Shown here in pieces: positions 12,605 to 26,575 of a stretch of DNA of 58,926 bases (positions are counted from its first letter, which is position 1; every line of letters begins with the position of its first letter). The translations under genes were made by a program, and so were the position numbers. Under the pieces are notes generated by a model. The model searched no databases. It was not told where the DNA came from and saw only the letters and a list, made by a program, of their open reading frames with translations. The DNA lies in NCBI RefSeq assembly GCF_001194135.2, contig NC_068999.1, forward strand, positions 4,438,331-4,497,256. Reading direction: 5' to 3'. This DNA is from Octopus bimaculoides. Its lineage: Eukaryota.

Positions 12605-13390
12605 GTGTATATTTATTCTTTTACTTGTTTCAGTCATTTGACTGCGGCCATGCTGGAGCCCCGCCTCTAGACGAACAAATCCACCCCAGGTCTTATTCTT
12701 TGTAAGTCTAGTACTTATTCTACCGTTACTTTTTGCCGAACCGCTAAGTTACGTGGATGTAAACACACTAGCATCGGTTGTCAAGTGATGGTGGATGGTG
12801 GGAGGACAAACACAGACACACAAATACATACATACATGCATACACACATACATACATACATACATACATACATGTATATATAATGCAAGTAATTAGAAAA
12901 TGGAGAAAACCTCTGATTAACAAACGCATCGATTGGACCACATTTAAAGCTTATTTTTTAATACAAAGCATGACATAACAAAAATAGGTGACGTAACATA
13001 TCTCACGGCCGTTTTCGACCGAATTGCCAAAATACAGTCTATACACAAATGCGAGAATAAAATTCATCATCTTCATAGGGCATTCGAATTAAGGCAACGG
13101 ATCTTCGTCGGAGTAAAAAACAAGAGCATACAATATAAACAAAAGGAAGGAGGAAAAGGAAAGAAAACATAGCTTAGACAAAAAATCTAGAAGCTCAATA
13201 TGTTAAGAGCAAATAATTATTTACCATCACGACGGGTTTCGTTCAGTTTCCATCTACCGAATTCTCTCAAAAGGCTTTGGTTGGCTGGAGGCTATAGTAG
13301 AAGATACTTGCCCAAGGTACCACGCAGTGGGACTGAACCCAGAACCATGTGGTCGGAAAGCAAGCTTCTTACCTCACAGCCACTCCTACA
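12605..13390 (-). mobile_element. SINE family A halves (3' half 12605-12815, 5' half 13228-13390) separated by about 400 bp of other sequence
   Basis: Reverse-complement matches to both halves of the 6567 copy. Confidence 0.7.
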
Positions 13391-13828
13391 CCTATTAATA
13401 TATTAGAAGTTGTGTAATATATCAATATATATAAAGTGCCATCTTTTCACATATGCTTATACGTACAGATTATAATAAGCTTATACATACGCTTATTGCG
13501 ATCACTTTAGGAGGAAGACGTTTGGATGACAATAACAGACTGATAACATTAAAGCACAGTACCCAGAGTATCTTTGGGATCCACATTAATTGATTATAAA
13601 CATGCGCAGACATATATATTAAAAGTAAACGAAAACGGCGTTTAAGAACAGTTCTATGTGATCGTACCTAGCCATTTTTGGCGTCCTACAAGCTGATGTG
13701 CCTTGATTCTTGTGGATCCTCATAATGAAATCTTTATATATATATATATATATATATGTACAGGTGCAAATAAATGCATGCAGTTAGACAAACAGAAACC
13801 AATATATACATATGCTTAAATAAACACG

Positions 13829-13863
<35 letters not shown>

Positions 13864-13953
13864 GTTGTCTTTAAACATAAAATTATTTGTTTATCGGAAA
13901 GGGAAACATGTGGTGTACCTCCCAGTAGGGGGAGGGGTGCCGTTACCACCACC

Positions 13954-13986
<33 letters not shown>

Positions 13987-15028
13987 TGTACTACCGNNNN
14001 NNNNNNNNNNNNNNNNNNNNNNNNNNNNNNNNNNNNNNNNNNNNNNNNNNNNNNNNNNNNNNNNNNNNNNNNNNNNNNNNNNNNNNNNNNNNNNNNNNNN
14101 NNNNNNNNNNNNNNNNNNNNNNNNNNNNNNNNNNNNNNNNNNNNNNNNNNNNNNNNNNNNNNNNNNNNNNNNNNNNNNNNNNNNNNNNNNNNNNNNNNNN
14201 NNNNNNNNNNNNNNNNNNNNNNNNNNNNNNNNNNNNNNNNNNNNNNNNNNNNNNNNNNNNNNNNNNNNNNNNNNNNNNNNNNNNNNNNNNNNNNNNNNNN
14301 NNNNNNNNNNNNNNNNNNNNNNNNNNNNNNNNNNNNNNNNNNNNNNNNNNNNNNNNNNNNNNNNNNNNNNNNNNNNNNNNNNNNNNNNNNNNNNNNNNNN
14401 NNNNNNNNNNNNNNNNNNNNNNNNNNNNNNNNNNNNNNNNNNNNNNNNNNNNNNNNNNNNNNNNNNNNNNNNNNNNNNNNNNNNNNNNNNNNNNNNNNNN
14501 NNNNNNNNNNNNNNNNNNNNNNNNNNNNNNNNNNNNNNNNNNNNNNNNNNNNNNNNNNNNNNNNNNNNNNNNNNNNNNNNNNNNNNNNNNNNNNNNNNNN
14601 NNNNNNNNNNNNNNNNNNNNNNNNNNNNNNNNNNNNNNNNNNNNNNNNNNNNNNNNNNNNNNNNNNNNNNNNNNNNNNNNNNNNNNNNNNNNNNNNNNNN
14701 NNNNNNNNNNNNNNNNNNNNNNNNNNNNNNNNNNNNNNNNNNNNNNNNNNNNNNNNNNNNNNNNNNNNNNNNNNNNNNNNNNNNNNNNNNNNNNNNNNNN
14801 NNNNNNNNNNNNNNNNNNNNNNNNNNNNNNNNNNNNNNNNNNNNNNNNNNNNNNNNNNNNNNNNGGCCATGACGGCCCACGCGTCCTGAAAATAATGCGG
14901 CCGGCTTTTCACCCGGATTTGAAACTGATACAACTGCTTCTTCGGCCCTGGAATTTTATCAGATTTATAAAACTACAAAACATGCATACACAAACACACA
15001 CACACACGTGCATATAGAAAGACAACAC

Positions 15029-15060
<32 letters not shown>

Positions 15061-15106
15061 TGTATGTATAAATATACATGCATTCATATGCGTGTGTGTG
15101 TATGTA

Positions 15107-15147
<41 letters not shown>

Positions 15148-15231
15148 GTCTGTCTATCTATCTATCTATTTATCTATCGATTTAGGGATCTATCTATTTA
15201 TCTACGAATTTATATCCACGCATTATTCTTA

Positions 15232-15430
15232 GAGTCTTTTACTTGTTTCAGTCACTTGACTGCAGCCATGCTGGAGCACTGCCTTTAGACGAACAAATCG
15301 ATCCCAGGACTTATTCTTTGTCAGCCTAGTACTTATTCTATCGTTAACTTTTGCCGAACCGCTAAGTTACGGGAATGTAAACACACCAACATCGGTGTCA
15401 AGCAATATTGGGGCGACAAACACAGACACC
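15232..15430 (-). mobile_element. SINE family A 3' half
   Basis: TTTTACTTGTTTCAGTCA..GCCATGCTGGAGCAC..CCAGGACTTATTCTTTG..GAACCGCTAAGTTAC. Confidence 0.8.
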
Positions 15431-16790
15431 CAAATACACACATACATACACACATACACACACACATACATACATATATACATACATACATACATACATA
15501 CATACATACATACCATATACATATATATAAACAGCTACACATATACACATAAAATTACACCCACACATAGATGCATATATATATATATATATATATTATG
15601 AATATATACACATATACATATGCACAATATATATGTATGTATATGTATATATACATATGCACACATATATACGTTTGTATGTATGTATACATATATATAC
15701 ACACACACACGTATATATATATTTCGATACACACACACATATACAACAGATATATACATACACACACATGTATATATATATATACACACACGCACACAAC
15801 ACACACATGCGCATATATGTATATTTACACACACACTCACACACACGCACGTATATATACACACACATCTTCATACACACACACACACGCATATATACAC
15901 ACACATGCACACAACACACACACATGCATATATACAAACATATTCATTCACACACACACACACACACACGCACGTATATATACACACACACATGCATATA
16001 TACAAACATATTCATACACACACACACACACACGCATACACACACACACGCATATATATATACACACACATACACACACACACACATATATACACACACA
16101 TGTACACACACACATACACTCTCCAAGAAGATGTGAACCAACGGTTAGTTGCCACGTTAACTTTTTACTGCAGCACGGCTTACGTGTCACAGAACGGTGG
16201 GGGGTGGGAATGGTGACGGGTGTCGGGTGAGGGGACCATAATGATTGGGGATGGAGGTGATGGTGGTGGGTAGAGGGTGGTGTTGACGATAGGGGTGGAT
16301 GGTGACGGGATCGTTGTTGTTGTTGTTGATGGTGGTGGTGGCAGCGAAGGCTGTGGCAGACGATGACGGTGGTGATGGCGATGGTATTTAATGGCGGTGG
16401 TGGGGATGGTAGTGGTGGTGATGATGGTGGTGGTGGTGGTGGCGATTGTTGGATGTGGCGCTCCTGCTAGTGGTGGTCATTAGAGAAGTTGGTAATGATG
16501 GTTGATATGCTTGAGGAGGTGGTTATGATGGTGAATGTGGTGATGGTTATGATGATGATGGTGGTGGTGATGATGGTGGTGGTTGTGGTGGTGGTGGTGG
16601 TGGTGGTAGTGATTGTGGTGATGATGATGACGACGACGATGACGATGATGATGACGATGTTGATAATGGTGGCGGTAGTAGTGGTTGTAGTGGTGGTGAT
16701 AGTAGTTTTGATGGTATAGGCGGCAGTAATAGTGGTGGTAATAATGGTGGTGGTGGTGGTGGTGGTGTTTATTGTATAGCAATGGTAACG
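15430..16790. repeat. Large compound microsatellite block: (CA/TA) mosaic with higher-order units, then (GGT/GAT)n
   Basis: Direct inspection; source of the spurious His/Thr/Val-rich ORFs. Confidence 0.95.
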
Positions 16791-16814
16791 GTATTGACGA
16801 TGGTGTCGTTAGCT

Positions 16815-17521
16815 ATTTAGAAGTGGCATCGCGACCAACGTGCTGGCGGCGAGGTTGGCCCTTGACCAACACTTCAACGCCAAACACGAAGGTTGCGTTA
16901 TCAGAGCTAGGTGCGTGCCCTAAGAAACGAGGGGATTGAAGCCGCCTGTGAGGCCAGGGTGGCGGAGGAGCAACGTGACAACAAAGCCACCACTCGGTCT
17001 TTGATAGACCAACTGGGGCGCGAATTACTCGAGCCCGAAAGGGTGCGTGGGACCTTTCAGCAACTATTTGCCCGACTGTTCGGGACGACTGGGGAGTCTG
17101 AACGCAGGGTAGACTTTAGTGCCTCCCTGCATGGCCTACCACGACTCTCTGTAAGAGAGGCGGAGTGTTGTGAAAGTCCCATCACAGCCGCTGATGTACG
17201 GGGTGCAATGGCAAGCTGCGCAATAGACAAGTCGCCGGGCTTGGATGGTCTACCCTACGAGCTTTATTATCATATGCCAGACTTGTTTGGAGATGTCTTG
17301 GCAACAGTCCACTGCAACTGGCAGCAAAACGGGAGTATCCCCAGTTTTATGAGCCGAGGAGCAGTGACACTGATAAAGAAAAACCCAACCAAGGGGAACA
17401 TTATAGATAATTTCCGGCCCATCACTCTACTCAACGCAGATTTGAAAATTTTAGCCAAGGTGCTAGCCGAGAGGTTGGCGCTTGTCATCGGGAAACTGGT
17501 CGACAAGGTACAAACATGCGC
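16815..17521 (+). mobile_element. Internal fragment of non-LTR retrotransposon ORF2 (Tx1/L1-like reverse transcriptase N-terminal region), one frameshift near 16910
   Basis: EGCVIRAR / VRALRNEG, KSPGLDGLPYELY, FRPITLLNADLKILAKVLAERL..LV...QTC. Confidence 0.9.
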
Positions 17522-17601
17522 ATTCATACATACATACATGCATGCATACACACACACACATATATAGATATATGTACACACACACAGACATATACATACG
17601 T

Positions 17602-17654
<53 letters not shown>

Positions 17655-18053
17655 CACATATATATATGCATACGCATACGTATGTATGTGGGGTGTGCGT
17701 ATGTTTTTGTGTGTACACACATACATTCGTTTGTGCGCTCTTGCGTATGTGTGTGTGTGTGTTTGAAATTTGAAGGTGTAAACAGGATGCGCATGCACGT
17801 AGACATATAATGCAATCAGTGCACATCCAAACACAGAAACAGACATCGTCTTAAGATGCTGCCGGCAATTAATTAGCAATTTTAGTGCAACATTTAACTA
17901 CGGCACGTTTCTAAGATTAAATATAAATTGCAAATTTCTAAATCACATAAGGTATGTGTTGAAAATATTTAAATATCTTCTGTTTAATACGAAGTTGAGG
18001 ATTCGGTATAGACGTCTGTGTGTATGTGTGTGTGTGCGTGTGTGTGTGTGTGT

Positions 18054-18128
<75 letters not shown>

Positions 18129-19245
18129 TATGTTTGTGAACGAGTGTGTGTCTTTGATTTTCTTTCTGCTTGCATTAAGGATCAAACGCGCGTGCACACA
18201 CACAAACACACACACACACACACATTCTTCCGCGTTACAAGAATGGAAGTACATGATTCTCCCGGTATTTTTTGTGTTTGCCGAATCGAAATAAATTCGA
18301 ATTATTCCTCTACAAAGCCAGGTTTTATGTGTGGCCTGCAATTTAATTTTTGAAGTCGTATCTTAGCTTCGTATTTATTGCAGTACGATCGGAAAGACAT
18401 ATGCAAAGTTTAAAAAGCAGGTTCGTTTGATTTTTGCTTGTACATGTCTCAAAGAGTTCAGCAGTGCTCAGCAAAGATTCTTGAGCTCCGGTTGCCTTGG
18501 TAACAATCTTCCATGCTAGAAATGTCCTGATGAAAACGCTTGTGTTCGTTACTCAAAGCACCGAGTTTTATTGAAAAGAAACCCGAGTTTAAAAATATGA
18601 ACCTTTAATGCCATATTGTACACCATTGCTCGGTAAGATAGGGTGTGTAGGTACCACACTGGGGTACCTATTTACACCTAGATGGACTGCACTGTTGATA
18701 GTTATATGTGTTGGTCATGGTGTAACGGACAGCTACAGAATATCTAAGCTAGGATTCGAAACTGAATCCATATTTTTCCACATTGTCGAACAATTTCTCA
18801 GCCCATTGTGTTAGCATTTTAGCACTGAGAGATTAATGAGAATGAACTGACCTTTCAGACCTTTTTGAGGCATTCACGGACCAAAACTGAAATTGCGTAG
18901 AATTCCTATTTTTCTTGGTTGACTTAAATTAGCAAAATTTCAAAAACACAAGCAAATATCAGTTACTCCCTTTCGGTCTTTCAGCGATTGACCGTGGAGC
19001 AAGCTTTCTCTTTCTGTTCGTGGTCGAACTAGTCGCCAGTCAAAGGTCATGGCTATCTTCCTCATCTCTGGTATACCGTGTCATGAACGCAAGAACACGA
19101 CTGTCACTCTGTATACTTTCATTTTACTCTGTCTTTCCCGCTAGCTGTCACAGAGATAAAACTACTGTCATACAGAATGGAATGAAGATCTACGAACAAG
19201 CTGTGTACACACAAACAACTCGACGAAGTTGTATATACCTTATAT

Positions 19246-19632
19246 GTTATTGTTGGCACTCCGTCGCTTACGACGTCGAGGGTTCCAGTTGACCCGACCA
19301 ACGGAACAGCCTGCTCGTGAGATTAACGTGCAAGTGGCTGAGCACTCCACAGACACGTGTACCCTTAACGTAGTTCTCGGGGATATTCAGCGTGACACAG
19401 TGTGACAAGGCTGACCCTTTGAATTACAGGCACAACACAAACAGGAAGAAAGAGTGAGAGAAAGTTGTGGTGGAAGAGTACAGCAGGGTTCGCCACCATC
19501 CCCGGCCGGAGCCTCGTGGAGCTTTAGGTGTTTTCGCTCAATAAACACTCACAACACCCGGTCTGGGAATCGAAACCGCGATCATATGACCGCGAGTCCG
19601 CTGCCCTAACCACTGGGCCATTGTGCCTCCAC
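19246..19632 (-). mobile_element. tRNA-derived SINE family B, full length with 11-bp TSD
   Basis: Reverse-complement head TGGCCCAGTGGTTAGGGCAGCGG..GGTTTCGATTCCC; flanked by ATACCTTATAT at 19235-19245 and 19633-19643; second copy at 32115. Confidence 0.9.
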
Positions 19633-19845
19633 ATACCTTATATATTGTAACGATTAATATTACTATCATCTTAAATGGCCATATTAATAATCAAGCAAAC
19701 ATTGTTCCTCATTTATTTCTGATCCGCGTTATCACATAAAATCCCGTCGTTCCATTTGGTGGCCTTCACCTAAAGAACCGCATGACGCCATTATACTTGG
19801 TGACATAAAATCGCATCGTTTACATTTGGTGTCTCCGTCGTTACA

Positions 19846-20015
19846 ATGGACACAGTACAGTGGACTATACCACTATGTAGCACCTACTTACAGCTAGGTA
19901 GACTGGACTGTTGACAATTAGGTGTGTTGGTCATGGACACAGTACAGTGAACTATATACCACACTGTGGTACCTACTTACAGCTAGATCGACTGTGCTGT
20001 TGGCAGTCAAGTGTC
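19846..20015 (+). repeat. Imperfect 87-bp tandem repeat (about 2 units) with a third partial unit at about 18655-18720
   Basis: ATGGACACAGTACAGTG.ACTATA..ACCTACTTACAGCTAG starts at 19846 and 19933. Confidence 0.75.
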
Positions 20016-20709
20016 TCGGTTACAGAATACTTGACAGCCTACCAGCAGCAGCTCCTAGCTTTAATAAATTACCGCCCTCGCATTTGGTTGTCCAGTTCTT
20101 TGCCAGCTTCGACATCCAATTTAATGGCAACCAATTATATCTCTGTCACTTTGAGCGCTGCTCTCGTTACAATTCCTTGTTGATGGCTTTTCACAAACAT
20201 TGACAATAAATATAGATTTACAACATGGAAACCGTTGCAAGCATCAATTCGATGGTTAGTATGACATTGCCTACACTTGCCATCCAGGCAGGTCTGCCGT
20301 TTTCTTGGAATCATACATTCCTGCTTCTCTGACATCTCTTGTGTTCTGTAGGTCTTCAGCTGTCTAACTTGCCCTGAATCGTTGCATGCAACACTGTGTA
20401 CGTGTATTTGTGTGAGTGTGTGAGTGTGTGTGTGTGTGTGTGAATGCAACTGTATGTATATGTGTCTGTACACAATTCTATGCATGTGCGTGAGTTAGCG
20501 TGCATGTGTGCAACAGTATGCATGTGTATGTGTATGTGTTTGTGAGTGAGTGTTTCCATGATGGTCTGTGTGTGCATGTGTGCGTCTACTTGCTACTGCA
20601 TGTACGTGTATGTACGTGTGCACGTGAAAAAATATATATGTGTATGTATGCGCGTGCCACTGAATACGTGTGTGTGTACATGCAACTGTCTATTGTACGT
20701 ATGTGTGTG

Positions 20710-20760
<51 letters not shown>

Positions 20761-20969
20761 TGTTCATGTGACTGTGTGAATGTGTCTGTGTGTGTATGTA
20801 CATGAAGCTGTATGTGTGTAGGTGTAGGTGTGCATGCGATGTGTGTATATGTATGAACGCAGTTGTATGCATGTGTGTATATATGTATATGTATGTATGT
20901 ATGTATGTGCATGTGGATGTTACTGTATGTGTATAGGTGTGTCTGTATGCTTATGCAATTGTTTGTGTG

Positions 20970-21007
<38 letters not shown>

Positions 21008-21112
21008 GAGGAGAGACGACTGCTTCTAATTTTCCATTTTATTCTCTTTCTAACCATTTTTCATCTGATTTTCTCGTTCCGTCTCACCCTCTCTGCAAGC
21101 AAAAAACGCAAA

Positions 21113-21160
<48 letters not shown>

Positions 21161-21639
21161 AAAAAACACACGTACATAAACACGCAAATAATTTAATACT
21201 CACCTACATACACACACATATACACTTATGCTTCTCCATATCTCTTTCTCTCTCTTTATATATGCATGCATGCATACATACATACATACATACATACATA
21301 CATACGTGTGTGAGAGCATCTCTGTCTTTCTGTCTGCCGGTGTGTCTGTCTGTTTCTTCCCTCACACACATACACACTCTCTTTCTCTCTCTCTCTATAA
21401 TATATATATATATATATATATATGTTCTCAAATATATATAATTGGTACATGTGAACATAAATGTATACATACGTACATACACACACTCACACACACTTGC
21501 ACATACTGAAAAAAATGTTTTTTTGAGTAATGATTATCTTACAAAATCTTAACACAGACCTTATGGAAAACATGAAGGGAATGTTTGTGTGTAAGTGCTA
21601 TCCTCAGTTTTAACACACATGACATGGACCAAAATTTCC

Positions 21640-22000
21640 TGTGTTGTTATCCGTTCAGCAGTGATTATAGGAGATAGCAGCCGCCACTATTTCCAGTTTA
21701 GTTTTATGGTGGAAATCTTTACGAAGTATTTCTTTGTATGATGTATTTGCTCACCTTCTTCCTCTATGACAGGATTTTGAATTTCCTATTCGCATAGATT
21801 ACATGGAACATTGTTACATCAGAGAGATCCTTGATTTGTTGTTTATGCACCCTGACTCGGTTCATTAATTTTATTCGTGCTTGATTGTTTTCATGATGCA
21901 CGATGTTGTTGATATCGCTGACAGACTATAAATTAGTGATTGTTCTACTAATAACCGCTACTAGATTTTTAATTAACGTAAGGTAGTGGTTGAGGTTAAT
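21640..22000 (-). mobile_element. Decayed Penelope-like element, GIY-YIG endonuclease C-terminal region
   Basis: Manual minus-strand translation with stops and shifts: KNLVAVIS.., LMNRVRVHKQQIKD.., RKFKIL, KEYFVKI..KLN; resembles the PLE GIY-YIG pattern as recalled. Confidence 0.55.
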
Positions 22001-22630
22001 ACGCATGCACAAAATTTCCTCATTAGGCTTCCCTGCCTTGAGGACTAGGGAGATGTCCAAGAAGTCGTATACAGTATAGTTGTGAATGTTTGTGTTTGAC
22101 GATGGGAATGTGATTTGTTGCTCTGCATATGCATGTACTAATGCACACACTCACATGTATGTATGTATGTATGTATGTATGTAAGTATGTGTGTGTGTGC
22201 AAAGTTAATACTTCCTCCTACGCACATACAGATATGCACAAATACAAACACACACAGAAGACCGCGACAGCCATTGCCTGAAATACAAAAAACAACAGTA
22301 TCTCGATGTCGATTGGTATTTTCCAGGTCACAACTTTCCAACTGTACACAATACATAACAACAGCAGCAACACCTACCTTGTTTACCCTCAAACCGAAGT
22401 GTTCCTTGAGAACATTTCATTCAAGTCATTTGACATCAGTCTTTTTTCTTTGTTAGATTTTGTTAGATTTTGCTTTCACTATTTTTTTCTTTTGTTACTG
22501 TAATGTTTCTGTAGTTCTAATTTTTTTGTGTTTTTTTACATCCGGTTAACCTTTCAGGGACTGGAATAGAGAACAGAACAGTAATGGAATATCACACAAA
22601 AAGGAAGCCACGAACACATACACATGGATA

Positions 22631-22700
<70 letters not shown>

Positions 22701-23786
22701 CATACATATATATATCCATTTATATACACACACATATATGTGTACACGGATGTGAATATATATACGTATACACACACGCACGAACGCATACACACACACG
22801 CACGCATATACATACACGCACACACACATACACACACACAAACACGTACACACAAGCATATGCATAAATATATAGGTACATGTTTGTGTGCGCGTGCGTA
22901 TGTATGTCTGTATAATTAAAGTACCCAAAAACTGTGTGTTTTGGGAAAGAGCGATAGCACCACCTGGAAGAGGTAACACCTTTACCGACAACACTGACGA
23001 AGACGGCACAATACTATGACTTGTAGAAATAGCACCAGAGTAAAATAGTGACCAAAGGAGTTTGCAGGAAAAAAGAAAAAAAAATGGTTGAGAAGCACCG
23101 ATTTATTGCTTTAATGACTATACCAATAATACTGGAATCAAATAGAAAATGTCTAAATAAAAATCTTAGGAACTCACTACTTTCTCTGCAATTAATGATT
23201 TAAGCATCAAATCACCATTCAAATAAAAAAACAAAACAATGAAAACAAAATGGAGCTTCACACATTTTTCTTTATATTACGATGTTTCGGGTTTTAAAGC
23301 CCTTAACAGGAGAAAACTATTTTTTTTAAACATGGAATGGCTATGGGGATCCGCCGGAGTAAAAGAGGAATGAAAGGGGTTCATGGGTAGTACGGAAGTA
23401 TTATGTTGTGACCGGGTACTTAGGGAGAGAGGGAGAGAAAGAGAGGGAGAGAAAGAGAGGGAGAGAGACAGCGATAGAGAAAGAGAGAACTTGGTGGAGG
23501 CGTAGTTGTGGTGGAGGTTGTGGTGGAGGTTGTGGTGCTGGTGGTTGTGGAGTAGTGTGGAGATGGTGTCTGGTAGAGGCAAGTGGTAGTAGTGGTGTGT
23601 GTGTGTATGAGGAAATGTCATGTTTTATCATCAACCCGTCTCGTGCTGTAGTGGTGGGGGCGGAGTTATGATGAGGGGGCGGCGAGGATTAGGGTTGTTG
23701 TATCGATAACGGCTGTGCGTGGTAAGATGGAGACAAGATAGATCGATGGCTAGACTCCAGTGGAGAAGATAAAGACATATAAAGAC

Positions 23787-23831
<45 letters not shown>

Positions 23832-24881
23832 AGTATTTGTTTATCATTCACAAGAACGCTTTACTCTCCTCCACCTCCACCCCACCTCCACCCCACCTCC
23901 ACACCTTCTAAATAAAGGATCTTCTTGAATTGTTTATCTCGTGGCTTCTTCTTAACCATTATTAGACTTTGATGTCATTCCAACCTCTCGTTCGAACCGT
24001 AGGGAAGAAGTGGGAGAAGTGGGAGGAGAAAGAGGACAGGATGAGGGNNNNNNNNNNNNNNNNNNNNNNNNNNNNNNNNNNNNNNNNNNNNNNNNNNNNN
24101 NNNNNNNNNNNNNNNNNNNNNNNNNNNNNNNNNNNNNNNNNNNNNNNNNNNNNNNNNNNNNNNNNNNNNNNNNNNNNNNNNNNNNNNNNNNNNNNNNNNN
24201 NNNNNNNNNNNNNNNNNNNNNNNNNNNNNNNNNNNNNNNNNNNNNNNNNNNNNNNNNNNNNNNNNNNNNNNNNNNNNNNNNNNNNNNNNNNNNNNNNNNN
24301 NNNNNNNNNNNNNNNNNNNNNNNNNNNNNNNNNNNNNNNNNNNNNNNNNNNNNNNNNNNNNNNNNNNNNNNNNNNNNNNNNNNNNNNNNNNNNNNNNNNN
24401 NNNNNNNNNNNNNNNNNNNNNNNNNNNNNNNNNNNNNNNNNNNNNNNNNNNNNNNNNNNNNNNNNNNNNNNNNNNNNNNNNNNNNNNNNNNNNNNNNNNN
24501 NNNNNNNNNNNNNNNNNNNNNNNNNNNNNNNNNNNNNNNNNNNNNNNNNNNNNNNNNNNNNNNNNNNNNNNNNNNNNNNNNNNNNNNNNNNNNNNNNNNN
24601 NNNNNNNNNNNNNNNNNNNNNNNNNNNNNNNNNNNNNNNNNNNNNNNNNNNNNNNNNNNNNNNNNNNNNNNNNNNNNNNNNNNNNNNNNNNNNNNNNNNN
24701 NNNNNNNNNNNNNNNNNNNNNNNNNNNNNNNNNNNNNNNNNNNNNNNNNNNNNNNNNNNNNNNNNNNNNNNNNNNNNNNNNNNNNNNNNNNNNNNNNNNN
24801 NNNNNNNNNNNNNNNNNNNNNNNNNNNNNNNNNNNNNNNNNNNNNNNNNNNNNNNNNNNNNNNNNNNNNNNNNNNNNNNNN

Positions 24882-24915
<34 letters not shown>

Positions 24916-24976
24916 CAGATGTTTGAATGGGAGCATGTGAGTGGTGCGCGAGCACCTGCATGAGAATGTCTTTGAT

Positions 24977-25022
<46 letters not shown>

Positions 25023-25464
25023 ATTTGTAGCACGTGTGCGTGTGAGTATGTGTGTATGCGCATGTGTATGTTTGTGTGGGTGTACGTGTGTGGTGTGTGT
25101 GTGTTTGTTCCTGTGTGTGTGTGTGTTCATGAGAGCTTGTGTGTGTATGTGTGTATGTATGTATGTGTTGTGTGTATGTGTGTGTTTATGCGTTGAATTA
25201 CGGTTAATCATATCCGCATATGCATATTTGCTTGTTTACCCCGGAATTAAATACGAGTTCGGTGCCTGACACCAGAGAACGCTTTAGTCTTGACTGACAA
25301 ATTGTCTACCTGTGGAAAAATACCACGAAAGGCCGTCAATACAGACACAAACATACATTCAGGCATACAAACGCACATACGTACATATATAAATACATAT
25401 ATACATACACACATACATGCAAGCATGTATCCATATATGTATCTGTATGTGTGTGTGTATTCTT

Positions 25465-25755
25465 TTATTCTTTTACTTGTTTCAGTCATTTGACTGTGGC
25501 CATGCTGGAGCACCGCCTTTAGTCGAGCAAATCGACCCCACGACTTATTCCTTGTAAGCCTAGTACTTATTCTATCGGTATTTTATGCCGAACCGCTAAG
25601 TTACGGGCATATAAACACACCAGCATCGGTTGTCAAGCGATGTTGGGGGGACAAACACAGACATATACACACACACATACATATACATATATACGACGGG
25701 CTTCTTTTCAGTTTCCGTCTATCAAATCCACTCACAAGGCTTTGGTCAGCCCGAG
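25465..25755 (-). mobile_element. SINE family A, runs into an N-gap
   Basis: 3' half, short microsatellite and ACGACGGGCTTC..CAAGGCTTTGGTC segment. Confidence 0.82.
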
Positions 25756-26509
25756 NNNNNNNNNNNNNNNNNNNNNNNNNNNNNNNNNNNNNNNNNNNNN
25801 NNNNNNNNNNNNNNNNNNNNNNNNNNNNNNNNNNNNNNNNNNNNNNNNNNNNNNNNNNNNNNNNNNNNNNNNNNNNNNNNNNNNNNNNNNNNNNNNNNNN
25901 NNNNNNNNNNNNNNNNNNNNNNNNNNNNNNNNNNNNNNNNNNNNNNNNNNNNNNNNNNNNNNNNNNNNNNNNNNNNNNNNNNNNNNNNNNNNNNNNNNNN
26001 NNNNNNNNNNNNNNNNNNNNNNNNNNNNNNNNNNNNNNNNNNNNNNNNNNNNNNNNNNNNNNNNNNNNNNNNNNNNNNNNNNNNNNNNNNNNNNNNNNNN
26101 NNNNNNNNNNNNNNNNNNNNNNNNNNNNNNNNNNNNNNNNNNNNNNNNNNNNNNNNNNNNNNNNNNNNNNNNNNNNNNNNNNNNNNNNNNNNNNNNNNNN
26201 NNNNNNNNNNNNNNNNNNNNNNNNNNNNNNNNNNNNNNNNNNNNNNNNNNNNNNNNNNNNNNNNNNNNNNNNNNNNNNNNNNNNNNNNNNNNNNNNNNNN
26301 NNNNNNNNNNNNNNNNNNNNNNNNNNNNNNNNNNNNNNNNNNNNNNNNNNNNNNNNNNNNNNNNNNNNNNNNNNNNNNNNNNNNNNNNNTCTAGACTTTT
26401 CTGAAAGCATGGCGTTGGTGGTGGTGGTCGTCGTGGGAGTTTTCCTTCGGCAGAAGTTTTATTGCGGGGTCACACAGAAGCCTAATCATTAGCATACGCC
26501 TACGGGGAG

Positions 26510-26575
<66 letters not shown>

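Noticed and set aside
14865-14960. CpG-rich open stretch behind a minus-strand acceptor-like TTCCAG
   Set aside because: Runs into an 868-N gap; no recognisable domain or partner exon
19560-19632. tRNA-like sequences here and at 32375-32446, 45560-45605, 45722-45750 and 46487-46550
   Set aside because: They are A/B-box heads of SINEs and lack a complete cloverleaf or acceptor stem
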